A DNA stretch of 64,000 nucleotides from the NCBI GenBank assembly GCA_041674725.1, contig JBAYVC010000009.1, forward strand, positions 7,396-71,395. The letters are read 5' to 3'. Origin of the DNA: Pseudobdellovibrionaceae bacterium (GTDB lineage Bacteria; Pseudomonadota; Alphaproteobacteria; Micavibrionales; Micavibrionaceae). This document shows positions 44,630 to 53,084 of the stretch, one piece after another. Below the pieces are notes generated by a model. That model was not told where the DNA came from. It saw only the letters and a list, made by a program, of their open reading frames with translations, and made no database searches. Position numbers and translations under genes: made by a program. The first letter of the stretch is position 1, and each line of letters opens with the position of its first letter.

Positions 44630-45848
44630 CTGCCGTCGGAATATTTTTATCCTTGGACTCTATACGCTGTGCCTGAATGCCGTATTTATCTTGCCGGTTT
44701 TTATGGCCTTTTACCGCGACGAGATGGGGCTGACTTTTCATGACCTTCTCATCGCTGAATCTGTTTTTGCGGCAACACTTATTCTGCTTGATGTACCGTG
44801 CGGTTATTTTGCCGACCGTTTCGGACGCAAAGCCTCTCTTGTCCTTGGAGCCATCTTCTATGCACTTGGTCTTGGTATCTTGTATATTGCCGATGGTCTT
44901 TACGGTGCCATTGCTGCGCAAGCCACGATCGGTATCGGCGTCTCTTTTGCATCAGGAGCAAATTCTGCGATTCTCTATGACACGCTGCTCTCTGCGGGAC
45001 GCGAAAGCGAATTTCGCCGTTTCGAGGGGTTGCGTTTCGCGCTTGGTCTTTATGCCTGCGCCGCGGCCTGTGTGATTGGCGGGTATCTTTATACGCTGGA
45101 TCACTCTGCCCCCATCCTTGTCGAAATCTTTGTTCTAATTTGCGCGCTTGTGGCGGGATTGGCCTTACGCGAGCCGCCACGGCACCAGAAGGCGGCGCAT
45201 CACAACCCGCTCAAGGATATTGCGGAGACGGTGGTTTATACCCTGCGTGGCCATAAGGATATCGGGTTCATTGTTCTCCTTATGGTGTTTATTTTTTCGA
45301 CAACCAAGATCTGTATGTGGTCGCTCCAGCCTTATGCGGCGGCCCTTTCATGGCCGGAAAGCGTCAATGGCTGGGTAATCGCCACCGTGATGCTGCTCGG
45401 CGGCCTGAGCGGTCATTTTGGACATCATCTTTTTCCAAAACTTGATGGGCGCCGTTTATGTTTTGTCTTGCTCGGCGCGCTTACCGTCTTGATTGCTCTT
45501 TCTGGACTCTTGATTACACCGCTCGGGATTGTATTTCTGGGCTGCGAGTCCTTAATCTTCGGGTTCGGCATGCCCCGCATTCAGGAATATTTGAACGCCC
45601 GCGTGGAGAGCCATCGGCGCGCCACGATTCTCTCGACCGCCAATTTTGCGACATCGCTTGGTTTTATTCCGCTGAGTCAAATTATCGGCGTCATGAATGA
45701 TGCGCACGGTATCGGCGCATCGCTTCTTCTTCATGCCGCCATTCTTGCAGGTTTCGGGCTGTTGCTGCGCGTGCTCAGCGCCCGCTCGACTTTTGCCCAG
45801 ATTCCAGAGATAATAGAGGAACCCCTCACGCAAGGTGACCAAACATGA
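44616..45848 (+). CDS. MFS transporter
   Basis: A 410-aa ORF with about 12 TM segments and the MFS loop motif GYFADRFGRK. It overlaps the upstream GNAT gene by 14 nt. Confidence 0.8.
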   Translation: MSEFDCRRNIFILGLYTLCLNAVFILPVFMAFYRDEMGLTFHDLLIAESVFAATLILLDVPCGYFADRFGRKASLVLGAIFYALGLGILYIADGLYGAIAAQATIGIGVSFASGANSAILYDTLLSAGRESEFRRFEGLRFALGLYACAAACVIGGYLYTLDHSAPILVEIFVLICALVAGLALREPPRHQKAAHHNPLKDIAETVVYTLRGHKDIGFIVLLMVFIFSTTKICMWSLQPYAAALSWPESVNGWVIATVMLLGGLSGHFGHHLFPKLDGRRLCFVLLGALTVLIALSGLLITPLGIVFLGCESLIFGFGMPRIQEYLNARVESHRRATILSTANFATSLGFIPLSQIIGVMNDAHGIGASLLLHAAILAGFGLLLRVLSARSTFAQIPEIIEEPLTQGDQT

Positions 45849-47071
45849 CTTCTTTTTCGACCCAGGATTATATCAACCGCGAGAGCACGTATCTGGCAAA
45901 AAATTATAAGCCGCTGCCGGTTGTCCTCAATCGCGGCGAAGGCGTGTGGGTGTGGGATGTCGAGGGACGTAAATATCTTGATTTCCTCTCGGCTTATTCT
46001 GCGGTGAGCGGGGGCCACCATAACAGCCGGATTATTAAAGCGCTTCAGGCGCAACTTGAAAAACTTGATGTGCCGTCGCGCGCGTTTCTCACTGACCGCT
46101 TGGGCGAGTTTGCCGAGAAACTTTGTACGCTCACGGGTATGGATAAAATGCTCCCGATGAACACAGGCGCTGAAGCAGTTGAAACCGCGATCAAGGCGGC
46201 GCGCCGCTGGGGGTACCGCGTCAAGGGGATTGCCAAGGACAAGGCCCGTATTATTGCCTGCGAGGGAAACTTCCACGGGCGCACAACAGCCATTATCGGG
46301 TTTTCATCGGACGATGATTACCGCGCGGATTTCGGCCCTTTTACGGGAGGGTTTGACCTTATTCCTTTTGGTGATACGGACGCCCTTGAAGCCGCCATTA
46401 CTCCCGACACCTGCGCATTTCTGGTGGAGCCGATACAGGCCGAGGTTGGCATTCGCGTGCCACCCGAAGGGTATTTGAAGCGTGCGCAAGAAATTTGCAG
46501 AAAGCATAATGTTCTTTTCATTCTCGATGAAATTCAAACGGGCATGGGACGCACCGGTGCGCATTTTTGTTTCCAGCACGAGATTGATCGGCCCGATGGA
46601 TTGACCCTTGGTAAAGCGCTCGGGGGCGGCATTTATCCGGTGTCGGCCTTCCTTGCCCGCAAGGATGTGATGGATCAATTTAACCCCGGCTCGCATGGCT
46701 CCACCTTTGGCGGCAATCCAGTGGCCGCCGCGATTGGCATTGAAGCGCTCAATCAACTGATTGATGAAAAACTTACCGAAAAATCGCTCACACTTGGCAC
46801 GTATCTCAAAGACCAGCTCCTTGCTGTTCAAAGCCCTCTTATTGTGGAAGTGCGCGGCAAGGGCCTTCTTGTCGGACTTGAAATTGACCCCGCTTATGCG
46901 AGTGCGCGGCAGGTGTGCGAAGCGCTCAAAGAAAAGGGCCTCCTGTGTAAGGAGACCCATGATACGGTTGTTCGTTTCGCCCCGCCCCTTATCATCACCA
47001 AAGATGAAATTGACTGGGCCGTGAGCCAAGTGCGTGATGTGCTCACGCAGCTCGCGCGAAAAACAGCTTAA
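45845..47071 (+). CDS. Class-III PLP aminotransferase, ornithine aminotransferase-like
   Basis: It has YKPLPVVLNRGEGVWVWDVEGRKYLDFLSAYSAV, MNTGAEAVETAIK, DEIQTGMGRTG and GSHGSTFGGNP. It overlaps the MFS gene stop by 4 nt. Confidence 0.8.
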   Translation: MTSFSTQDYINRESTYLAKNYKPLPVVLNRGEGVWVWDVEGRKYLDFLSAYSAVSGGHHNSRIIKALQAQLEKLDVPSRAFLTDRLGEFAEKLCTLTGMDKMLPMNTGAEAVETAIKAARRWGYRVKGIAKDKARIIACEGNFHGRTTAIIGFSSDDDYRADFGPFTGGFDLIPFGDTDALEAAITPDTCAFLVEPIQAEVGIRVPPEGYLKRAQEICRKHNVLFILDEIQTGMGRTGAHFCFQHEIDRPDGLTLGKALGGGIYPVSAFLARKDVMDQFNPGSHGSTFGGNPVAAAIGIEALNQLIDEKLTEKSLTLGTYLKDQLLAVQSPLIVEVRGKGLLVGLEIDPAYASARQVCEALKEKGLLCKETHDTVVRFAPPLIITKDEIDWAVSQVRDVLTQLARKTA

Positions 47072-47559
47072 GCGGCAAGGCGCGCAAGGCAGACGTCGGC
47101 ACCGGAAAGCTCCACTGCGCTGGCGACTGGCTCAACTTGCACATCTTTCACGATTCCGTTTTCAATGGTCATGACAAAACGCTGCGCGCGTGTGCCAAGT
47201 CCTGCGCCCGAAGCATCGAAGGTCAATCCCATCGCGCCGGATAACTCGGCTTTCCAATCCGGCAGCATGGTGACTTTTCCAGTCGCCCCTGCGCTCTCAC
47301 CCCACGCCTTCATCACGAACGGGTCGTTGACCGCGAGGCAGATAATTTCATCAACGCCTTTGGCCTTGATGGCGTCGGCATTGGCCACGTAACCGGGCAA
47401 ATGTTTTTGCGCGCAGGTCGGGGTGTAGGCCCCGGGAACAGCAAAGAGAATGATTTTTTTACCCGCGATATAATCGGCAAAGGCCATATCTTCCATGCCG
47501 TTTGCGCCAAGGCGTTTAAGCGTGATGTTTGGAATTTTATCCCCAATTTGAATAGCCAT
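47068..47559 (-). CDS. Peroxiredoxin (Prx5-type, atypical 2-Cys)
   Basis: It has ILFAVPGAYTPTCAQKHLPGY and is about 160 aa. Confidence 0.85.
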   Translation of the reverse strand: MAIQIGDKIPNITLKRLGANGMEDMAFADYIAGKKIILFAVPGAYTPTCAQKHLPGYVANADAIKAKGVDEIICLAVNDPFVMKAWGESAGATGKVTMLPDWKAELSGAMGLTFDASGAGLGTRAQRFVMTIENGIVKDVQVEPVASAVELSGADVCLARLAA

Positions 47560-47615
47560 GATGTTCTCCTTTCAGGATGTAAGGTACGGCACGTATCATA
47601 CACAGAAAGCGGGCA

Positions 47616-47641
47616 TCAAAAAAGGACTTTTCCAGTCCCTT
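47616..47641 (-). terminator. Rho-independent terminator directly after the repressor gene
   Basis: The minus-strand RNA reads AGGGAC-UGGAAAA-GUCCUU followed by a U-run, starting right at the stop codon. Confidence 0.6.
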
Positions 47642-48144
47642 TAGAAACGCACATGGCTGATGCGGGCAAGCCAGTGAATGTCGGTTGTTTTATAGATGGT
47701 GGTTTCGTTGCCGCCCATCAATGCCGCGCATTCGGCTTCTTTTTCATTCATGCGGATGAAATGATGGAGGGCGATGTTCCCCGCACGCAAGGACACGGCC
47801 ACGCGGTCGCCCTTGCGCAGGGCGGCTTTCCGGTCAACGACCAAGATGTCGCCTTCCTTGACCCATGGCGCATAAAGCGATGTGGTGATGGTAACGGCCA
47901 TTTCTTCCGCGGCATCTGGCGCCATAAGCTCCAGAAAATCCGGCATGGTAATTTGCGCGGCATCAAGCACGCGCGCAATGCTTTCCGTCGAGGGCCAGCG
48001 CGGCTTTCCGTCGACGGCAATGCGCTTGCTGCGGTTAAATGTCGTGGGATCAAGCCCTGCGCGTCGCGCGAGGCCCGAGGTCGAATACCCCGCGCGTACC
48101 GCCAAGCGGTCAATGGCCAACCAAATCGTTTCGTGTGTAAACAT
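47641..48144 (-). CDS. HTH / peptidase-S24-like (CI/LexA-type) repressor
   Basis: The N-terminal HTH reads IWLAIDRLAVRAGYSTSGLARRAGLDPTTFNRSKR. The C-terminus has the S24-like beta fold (WVKEGDILVVDRKAALRKGDRVAV). It is divergent from the phage-like operon. I placed the start at ATG 48144. Confidence 0.75.
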   Translation of the reverse strand: MFTHETIWLAIDRLAVRAGYSTSGLARRAGLDPTTFNRSKRIAVDGKPRWPSTESIARVLDAAQITMPDFLELMAPDAAEEMAVTITTSLYAPWVKEGDILVVDRKAALRKGDRVAVSLRAGNIALHHFIRMNEKEAECAALMGGNETTIYKTTDIHWLARISHVRF

Positions 48145-48245
48145 GGGAGCAGTATAATCTAGGATTAAAGTCTTGCGTAGTAGAATCTGTAGGAAAAAAT
48201 TCATAAATTTTTCTTGACAAGACGGATTTTGGTTGCCATGAATAA

Positions 48246-48260
48246 GAACATAAAGGGAAC
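48246..48260. promoter_or_regulatory. GAAC-N7-GAAC direct repeat (alphaproteobacterial LexA/SOS-box type) in the switch region
   Basis: GAACATAAAGGGAAC lies 51 nt upstream of the first plus-strand phage gene. It is just downstream of a TTGACA -35-like hexamer (48214-48219) and an imperfect inverted repeat GAAAAAATT-CAT-AAATTTTTC (48193-48213). Confidence 0.5.
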
Positions 48261-48310
48261 AATTGTATCTTGATGATCAATGACCCGTTTAACTTCTGGG
48301 GAATTTTTAT

Positions 48311-48715
48311 ATGCGACACGACATACTTACGTACCCGCGCGGTACGGAGACTACCCTTCCATTTTCATCGGCAACCGAGGCGTGGTTCTGGTTTATTCAG
48401 GCCAATCTTGCCCGCCGCGAGGGGGCCCGCATCAGTGCCGGTGTTGGCCCTGTGACACGCCCGTGCGAACCGGTTGATATTCTGGTGGCGCTCGAACGTC
48501 TCTACCGCAACCGCCGCATCCTGATGGATCATATCCGTATCCTCCATTATTACGGGGTGCGCCTCACTCCCCCTGACCCGCGCCGCCCACGTGAAATTCG
48601 CGCACGCATTTTGTGGGATGAAGCCCTCACCCTGCTCGAGGATGTTTTATGCGACAAGCATATTGTCGTGCGTCCGCACTGGAGCGCCCGTATTGCCGGA
48701 GGCTATGATGCCTGA
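48311..48715 (+). CDS. Hypothetical phage-cluster protein (134 aa, possible regulator)
   Basis: It is the first gene of the plus-strand operon. It is Arg-rich and helical. I recognise no family. Confidence 0.5.
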   Translation: MRHDILTYPRGTETTLPFSSATEAWFWFIQANLARREGARISAGVGPVTRPCEPVDILVALERLYRNRRILMDHIRILHYYGVRLTPPDPRRPREIRARILWDEALTLLEDVLCDKHIVVRPHWSARIAGGYDA

Positions 48716-49082
48716 TTATGCCTTGGTTGTGTTTACCGATGATACGGACATCTGGGGGCTGCGGCTTTTGAAGCGCGGGTTCCGGCATTGTTTCGTGCTG
48801 ATCCATGCTGGCGGTTTATGGGTATCGGTTGATCCGCTCGCCCATAAAACCGATGTGTGCGTGGTCACACCCCGAAACGGCGGCGATCTTGAAGATTGGC
48901 TCACACAGGAAGGCTGTACGCTGGTACGTGTTCCGCTTGAAGAGGCCCCCGCGCAGATGCTCTGGCCTGCGCTTCATACCTGCGTGGAGAGCGTCAAACG
49001 TATTCTGGGCCTGCGGCGCTTTTTGATCGTAACGCCGTGGCAGCTTTACCGCTTTCTGGTACGCACCTATCCCCAGCCTTAA
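48705..49082 (+). CDS. Hypothetical phage-cluster protein (125 aa)
   Basis: It starts at an ATG-ATG pair that overlaps the upstream stop. I recognise no family. Confidence 0.45.
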   Translation: MMPDYALVVFTDDTDIWGLRLLKRGFRHCFVLIHAGGLWVSVDPLAHKTDVCVVTPRNGGDLEDWLTQEGCTLVRVPLEEAPAQMLWPALHTCVESVKRILGLRRFLIVTPWQLYRFLVRTYPQP

Positions 49083-49113
49083 TTATAATCACGTCATTCA
49101 AGGAGATTTTATT

Positions 49114-49359
49114 ATGGGTTCCCTCACGTCACGTCCCAAGGTCACGCCAGTGAGCGTTTCTTCCGCTGCCAGCACGTCGGCATCTACGCCTGTCACTGCA
49201 CCAACCGAAGCCGATCCGGCAGAGATTGCCACAACGCGAGCAGAGAATATCCTGCGTAAAAACCGCGGAGTCATCGGTACGGTTCTGACTAGTTTCCGCG
49301 GCCTTCTGGGCGGCGCTGATTCTGCGCAACAGCAACGCAAAACTTTGCTCGGGGAATAG
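49114..49359 (+). CDS. Small phage protein (81 aa)
   Basis: It has an RBS and a MGSLTSR... N-terminus. The C-terminal motif GVIGTVLTSFRGLLG...RKTLLGE resembles small virion-associated proteins of podoviruses. It lies directly upstream of the portal gene. Confidence 0.5.
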   Translation: MGSLTSRPKVTPVSVSSAASTSASTPVTAPTEADPAEIATTRAENILRKNRGVIGTVLTSFRGLLGGADSAQQQRKTLLGE

Positions 49360-49362
49360 ATC

Positions 49363-50796
49363 ATGACCAATAGCACCCCCAATTTTTCACATATTCTCAT
49401 GCGCTTTGCGGCCGCCAAGGCCGCGCGCGCCGAGTGGGAAAGCCTTTGGCAGGATTGTTATGATTACGCCCTCCCGCAGCGCGGGTCGGGGAGTTTTCGC
49501 CGCAGCGAACGGCTTTATGATGCAACTGCCCTTGATGCGGTCGATCAGCTCTCGAGCCTTATTCTCGCGCATGTCGCACCGCCCCTTACGCCATGGTTCG
49601 GCTTTAAGGCGGGAACGGATTTAAACGACGAGCAGGCAGCGAAAATAACGCCTGCTCTTGAAAAAGCCACGCGGATTATGCAAGCGCATTTCGACCAGTC
49701 TAATTTTACGGTCGAGATTCACCAGTGTTTTCTCGATCTGGTTGTTGCCGGAACCGCATCCCTTTCCTTTGAAGAGGCCGAGCCCGGGCGGCTTTCGGCC
49801 TTCCAGTTCCGCGCCCTTCCCCTTGACCATGTCATCCTCGGCGAGAATGAGAGCGGGCGGCTCGATCATGTGTACCGCACCTTGCACCTCACGCCATCCG
49901 CCATTTTGGAGCGGTACGGCGCAAACGAGATGATAGCGGCTTTGCTGGCCAAGAATAACGAGCCGCTTGATATTGCCGAAGCGGTTATTCCCCATACTAC
50001 CGACCACGGTTACACGCTTTACGCTTTTTATAACGACATTCTCTTGGCGGAGCAGCCCCTAAACGCCTCGCCCTATATAAATTTCCGCTGGATGAAATCG
50101 CCGGGTGAAATTTACGGACGCTCTCCGGTGATGAAGACGCTTCCCGATATTAAAACTGCCAACAAAGTGGTGGAGCTGATCCTTAAAAATGCCTCAATTG
50201 CCGTAACCGGAATCTGGCAGGCCGAAGATGATGGCGTCCTTAACCCCGCGACAATTGAACTGGTACCCGGGGCGATTATCCCCAAGGCGATGGGATCAAA
50301 GGGCCTCACGCCGCTCGAGATGCCCGCGCGCTTTGATGTATCACAGTTGGTGCTGGAGAGTTTGCGCGAGCGCATCCGCTCGGCACTTCTTGTTGACCGT
50401 ATCCCATCCGGCAAGGAGCGTCCGCGCACGGCGACCGAAATACTTGAACGCTCGGCGCAGATGGCGCTCCTTCTGGGCGCGACATTCGGGCGTTTGCAGG
50501 TTGAACTGCTCAACCCTCTTATTATGCGCGCTTATAGTATTTTACAGCGGCGTGGCGTCCTGCCTGATCTGCCGCTTGACGGGCGCAGCGTGGCGATTGA
50601 TTACCGCTCGCCTCTCGCGCAGAGCCAATCGATCCATCAGGCCGATGCGATTGCCAGCTGGTTGCAAAGCATGAGCGGCCTTGGCGCGGAGGTCACGCAG
50701 CAGATCGATAAAAGCGCCCTTGCCGCGTACCTCGCCGAAATGCTCGGTATTCCTTCGTTTTTGACCCAACCCACCCAACCTTCAGCAGGAGAATAA
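49363..50796 (+). CDS. Portal (head-to-tail connector) protein, podovirus T7 gp8 type
   Basis: WESLWQDCYDYALPQRG...RLYDATALDAVDQLSSLILAHVAPPLTPWFGFKAG matches the remembered N-terminal signature of the Head-tail_con family. Length is 477 aa and the position fits. Confidence 0.7.
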   Translation: MTNSTPNFSHILMRFAAAKAARAEWESLWQDCYDYALPQRGSGSFRRSERLYDATALDAVDQLSSLILAHVAPPLTPWFGFKAGTDLNDEQAAKITPALEKATRIMQAHFDQSNFTVEIHQCFLDLVVAGTASLSFEEAEPGRLSAFQFRALPLDHVILGENESGRLDHVYRTLHLTPSAILERYGANEMIAALLAKNNEPLDIAEAVIPHTTDHGYTLYAFYNDILLAEQPLNASPYINFRWMKSPGEIYGRSPVMKTLPDIKTANKVVELILKNASIAVTGIWQAEDDGVLNPATIELVPGAIIPKAMGSKGLTPLEMPARFDVSQLVLESLRERIRSALLVDRIPSGKERPRTATEILERSAQMALLLGATFGRLQVELLNPLIMRAYSILQRRGVLPDLPLDGRSVAIDYRSPLAQSQSIHQADAIASWLQSMSGLGAEVTQQIDKSALAAYLAEMLGIPSFLTQPTQPSAGE

Positions 50797-50798
50797 GA

Positions 50799-51527
50799 AT
50801 GACTGATAATCTTTTGAGCGCGACAACTGGCGACAATGACGTCACCACCATGCCCCCCATTCCGGAAAAATTTATCGATAAAGATACGGGCGCTCTGCGC
50901 ACCGAGGCGCTTCTTTCATCTTATCTTGCCCTTGAAAAACATCTGGGGCGCATGGTGCCACTGCCCGAGAATGATGACGACAAGGCCCGTTTTTATAAAA
51001 TACTGGGCCGTCCCGATACGCCCGATCAATATGACATCACCCTTGCCAGCGATGTGATTGAACTTGATCCGGCCCTGAATGAACGCTTGCACCGCAACGG
51101 ATTTACCAATGCGCAGGTACAGGAAATTTACGACCTTGCCGCCGAAAAACTTGTCCCGCTCCTCCTTGAAATGGCTGCCGAGTACCAGTCCGAGCGCGAG
51201 ATTGAACGACTTGAAGCCCATTTTGGCGGCGCGGACGCTTGGCGCGAGATGGCCCGCCAGCTTAAGGATTTCGGCCAAAAAACTCTGCCGCAGGCAGCTT
51301 ATGAAGGTCTTGCCTGCTCTTATGACGGGGTGCTGGCCCTTCACCGCATGATGAGGGCAAATACATCCTCTGTAACAGGTCCGCGTGACGTTACCAGCGC
51401 CAGCGCACCGGATGAGGCATCACTCAAAAAGATGATGCAAAACCCGAAATATTGGCGCGAGCGCGACCCTGCTTTTATCGCCGAAGTATCTGCCGGATTC
51501 GAGCGGATTTTTGGCAACAATTCCTAA
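50799..51527 (+). CDS. Capsid scaffolding / assembly protein
   Basis: It sits after the portal gene, is acidic and helical, and has the PEKFIDKDTG...LLSSYLALEK N-terminus and a NPKYWRERDPAF C-terminus seen in podoviral scaffolds. Confidence 0.55.
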   Translation: MTDNLLSATTGDNDVTTMPPIPEKFIDKDTGALRTEALLSSYLALEKHLGRMVPLPENDDDKARFYKILGRPDTPDQYDITLASDVIELDPALNERLHRNGFTNAQVQEIYDLAAEKLVPLLLEMAAEYQSEREIERLEAHFGGADAWREMARQLKDFGQKTLPQAAYEGLACSYDGVLALHRMMRANTSSVTGPRDVTSASAPDEASLKKMMQNPKYWRERDPAFIAEVSAGFERIFGNNS

Positions 51528-51556
51528 CCTGACGTTCCTCCCTGTCCAAACCTTGT

Positions 51557-51597
51557 CATCCGGTGTGCCTGCTGTGCACGCCGGATGATCTTTTTTG
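51557..51597 (+). terminator. Rho-independent terminator after the scaffold gene
   Basis: CATCCGG-(17 nt)-CCGGATG followed by ATCTTTTTTG. Confidence 0.7.
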
Positions 51598-51613
51598 AAA
51601 CGAGATTCTGATT

Positions 51614-52227
51614 GTGACGACATTCGCTTTATCAGCCCCCCTCACGCGCGACAGCCCTGCGGACGAGATGGATGTGGTCAAGGTCAAGAAGCTGCTGAAC
51701 CGCACCTTACGCTCATGGAGCAATGCGCCAGACCCGGGCGATGACTACCATTGCCGCTGCTGGGCCGAACCGGTGGCGCAGGAGAAAATCGATCAGCTTT
51801 ATGCCGATGCCATCAAGCCTGTTTATCCCGGCGCTGCGCGCGGGACGCCTGCCGTTCCTTGCCCGATCGCTTTATAAACTGGCCACATCTGAACCACGAT
51901 GGGAGGTTAATCCGCCCAAAAGCCAGCTTCAACGCAAGTTTAAACATGCGGGAGTATTCGGCATTAAGGGAAATCAGAATAACGCTAATCTGGAAAAGTT
52001 TCGACAGGCCTTACAGAAACATGTAGATTCGAAAGATACGATTGTTATTAAAGGCACTTATCACAAGGAACAAGTTACGCACTATTTTACCACGTAGCGG
52101 TATTAATGTGATGCGGCGAAAGTCCGATGGTGAGTTTATTTCGGCTTGGAAACCAGGTGAAAAAAAACTGAAGTTTCTTAAAGAACGTGGCAAGTTGGGC
52201 GGAGGAAAAAATGAACCAAAAACATGA
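51614..52227 (+). pseudogene. Frameshifted remnant of a MuF-type polymorphic toxin with a colicin-D-like (BECR-fold) C-terminal domain
   Basis: Three consecutive frames splice into one sensible protein. The parts are ...DDYHCRCWAEPV...DAIKPVYP, then ALRAGRL...QLQRKFKHAGVFGIKGNQNNANLEKFRQALQKHVDSKDTIVIKGTYHKEQVTHYF, then PRSGINVMRRKSDGEFISAWKPGEKKLKFLKERGKLGG. The shifts are near 51836 and 52090. The toxin family call is from memory. Confidence 0.5.
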
Positions 52228-52260
52228 TGTTCGCAGAAGTCTTGTGCAGCGCTTTATAGC

Positions 52261-52383
52261 GCATACAGACCCCCGCTTACGCGGGGGTGACGTGTGAGGG
52301 CGAGAGGTTTATTTTTCACCACAAAGACACTAAGGGCACTAAGACTGGATTGCTGCGTCATTTCACGCCGCGCAATGACGGGG
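52261..52383. repeat. Composite of small palindromic / MITE-like repeats
   Basis: The parts are CCCCCGC-TTAC-GCGGGGG, then TTCACCACAAAGACACTAAGGGCACTAAGA, then CTGGATTGCTGCG...CGCGCAATGACGGGG. The last two modules recur at 57891-58008. Confidence 0.75.
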
Positions 52384-52388
52384 CTGCG

Positions 52389-52787
52389 TTAGGCCTGAGA
52401 ACCCGCAAATTCACGGGTGTTAAAATCGTCGATCACATTTTGGAAGGTCGCGCGCGATTCTTCGTCAAGCGGCAGGAAGCTGTAGGACACATTGTCCTGC
52501 CCTTTGCGGACGACCATGGCTTTCTGGCGGATGCTGACCAACTGGTCACGCAGATGGAATTTCATCTCGACATCCATCTCCTGCCCTAAATTGATGGGAC
52601 GGGCATCGGCATAGACACGCAGACCGCCCGGGCTCCAATCGAGCACGGGGTGGGCTTTGCCATTGATGAACCCGATACATTGGTCACATGTCCGGCGGGG
52701 AAAGGCACGGCGCGAGGCGAAATTATCATTTCCCTCGAACGTGTATGTCTTTTTGATTCCGAATACGGACATTACTGCTTCTATCAT
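52389..52787 (-). CDS. Stand-alone PilZ domain protein (predicted c-di-GMP receptor)
   Basis: It has RRAFPRR (RxxxR) followed by DWSPGG (DxSxxG) at the canonical spacing. It is 132 aa, on the strand opposite the phage operon, with an AT-rich upstream region. Confidence 0.7.
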   Translation of the reverse strand: MIEAVMSVFGIKKTYTFEGNDNFASRRAFPRRTCDQCIGFINGKAHPVLDWSPGGLRVYADARPINLGQEMDVEMKFHLRDQLVSIRQKAMVVRKGQDNVSYSFLPLDEESRATFQNVIDDFNTREFAGSQA

Positions 52788-53084
52788 TAACTTTTGCTCC
52801 TGGTTAAACCTTTGAAAGGCTTATAATTTCACACCCAGGACACCGAATTTTTAGTAACCAACCAGAGGCTAATATATAAGTACCTTTGGTTAAAAGCAAG
52901 GTTTATTTAATATGAAAATTACTTTTCATGTTAGTAACAGGCAGATAACGGCTTTGGGGGCCGCTTTTCCCCCGCCGTCTGCGCCCCTTTTTTTGTGACG
53001 CGTGAAGGCCCTGCGGTACCCTCCCCAGCGGCAACCTGCCCCGTCATGTCTTTCTCATTTTAACTTTTTGAAAGGACTCACACC

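Noticed and set aside
45731-47029. Minus-strand ORFs 45731..46276 and 46304..47029.
   Set aside because: They are antisense to the aminotransferase gene, which has clear PLP-enzyme motifs.
48214-48245. A sigma-70 promoter for the phage operon (TTGACA at 48214-48219).
   Set aside because: I kept it only as context for the LexA-type box. No convincing -10 hexamer sits at 16-18 bp spacing (CATGAA or ATGAAT at best), so I do not list it as a separate feature.
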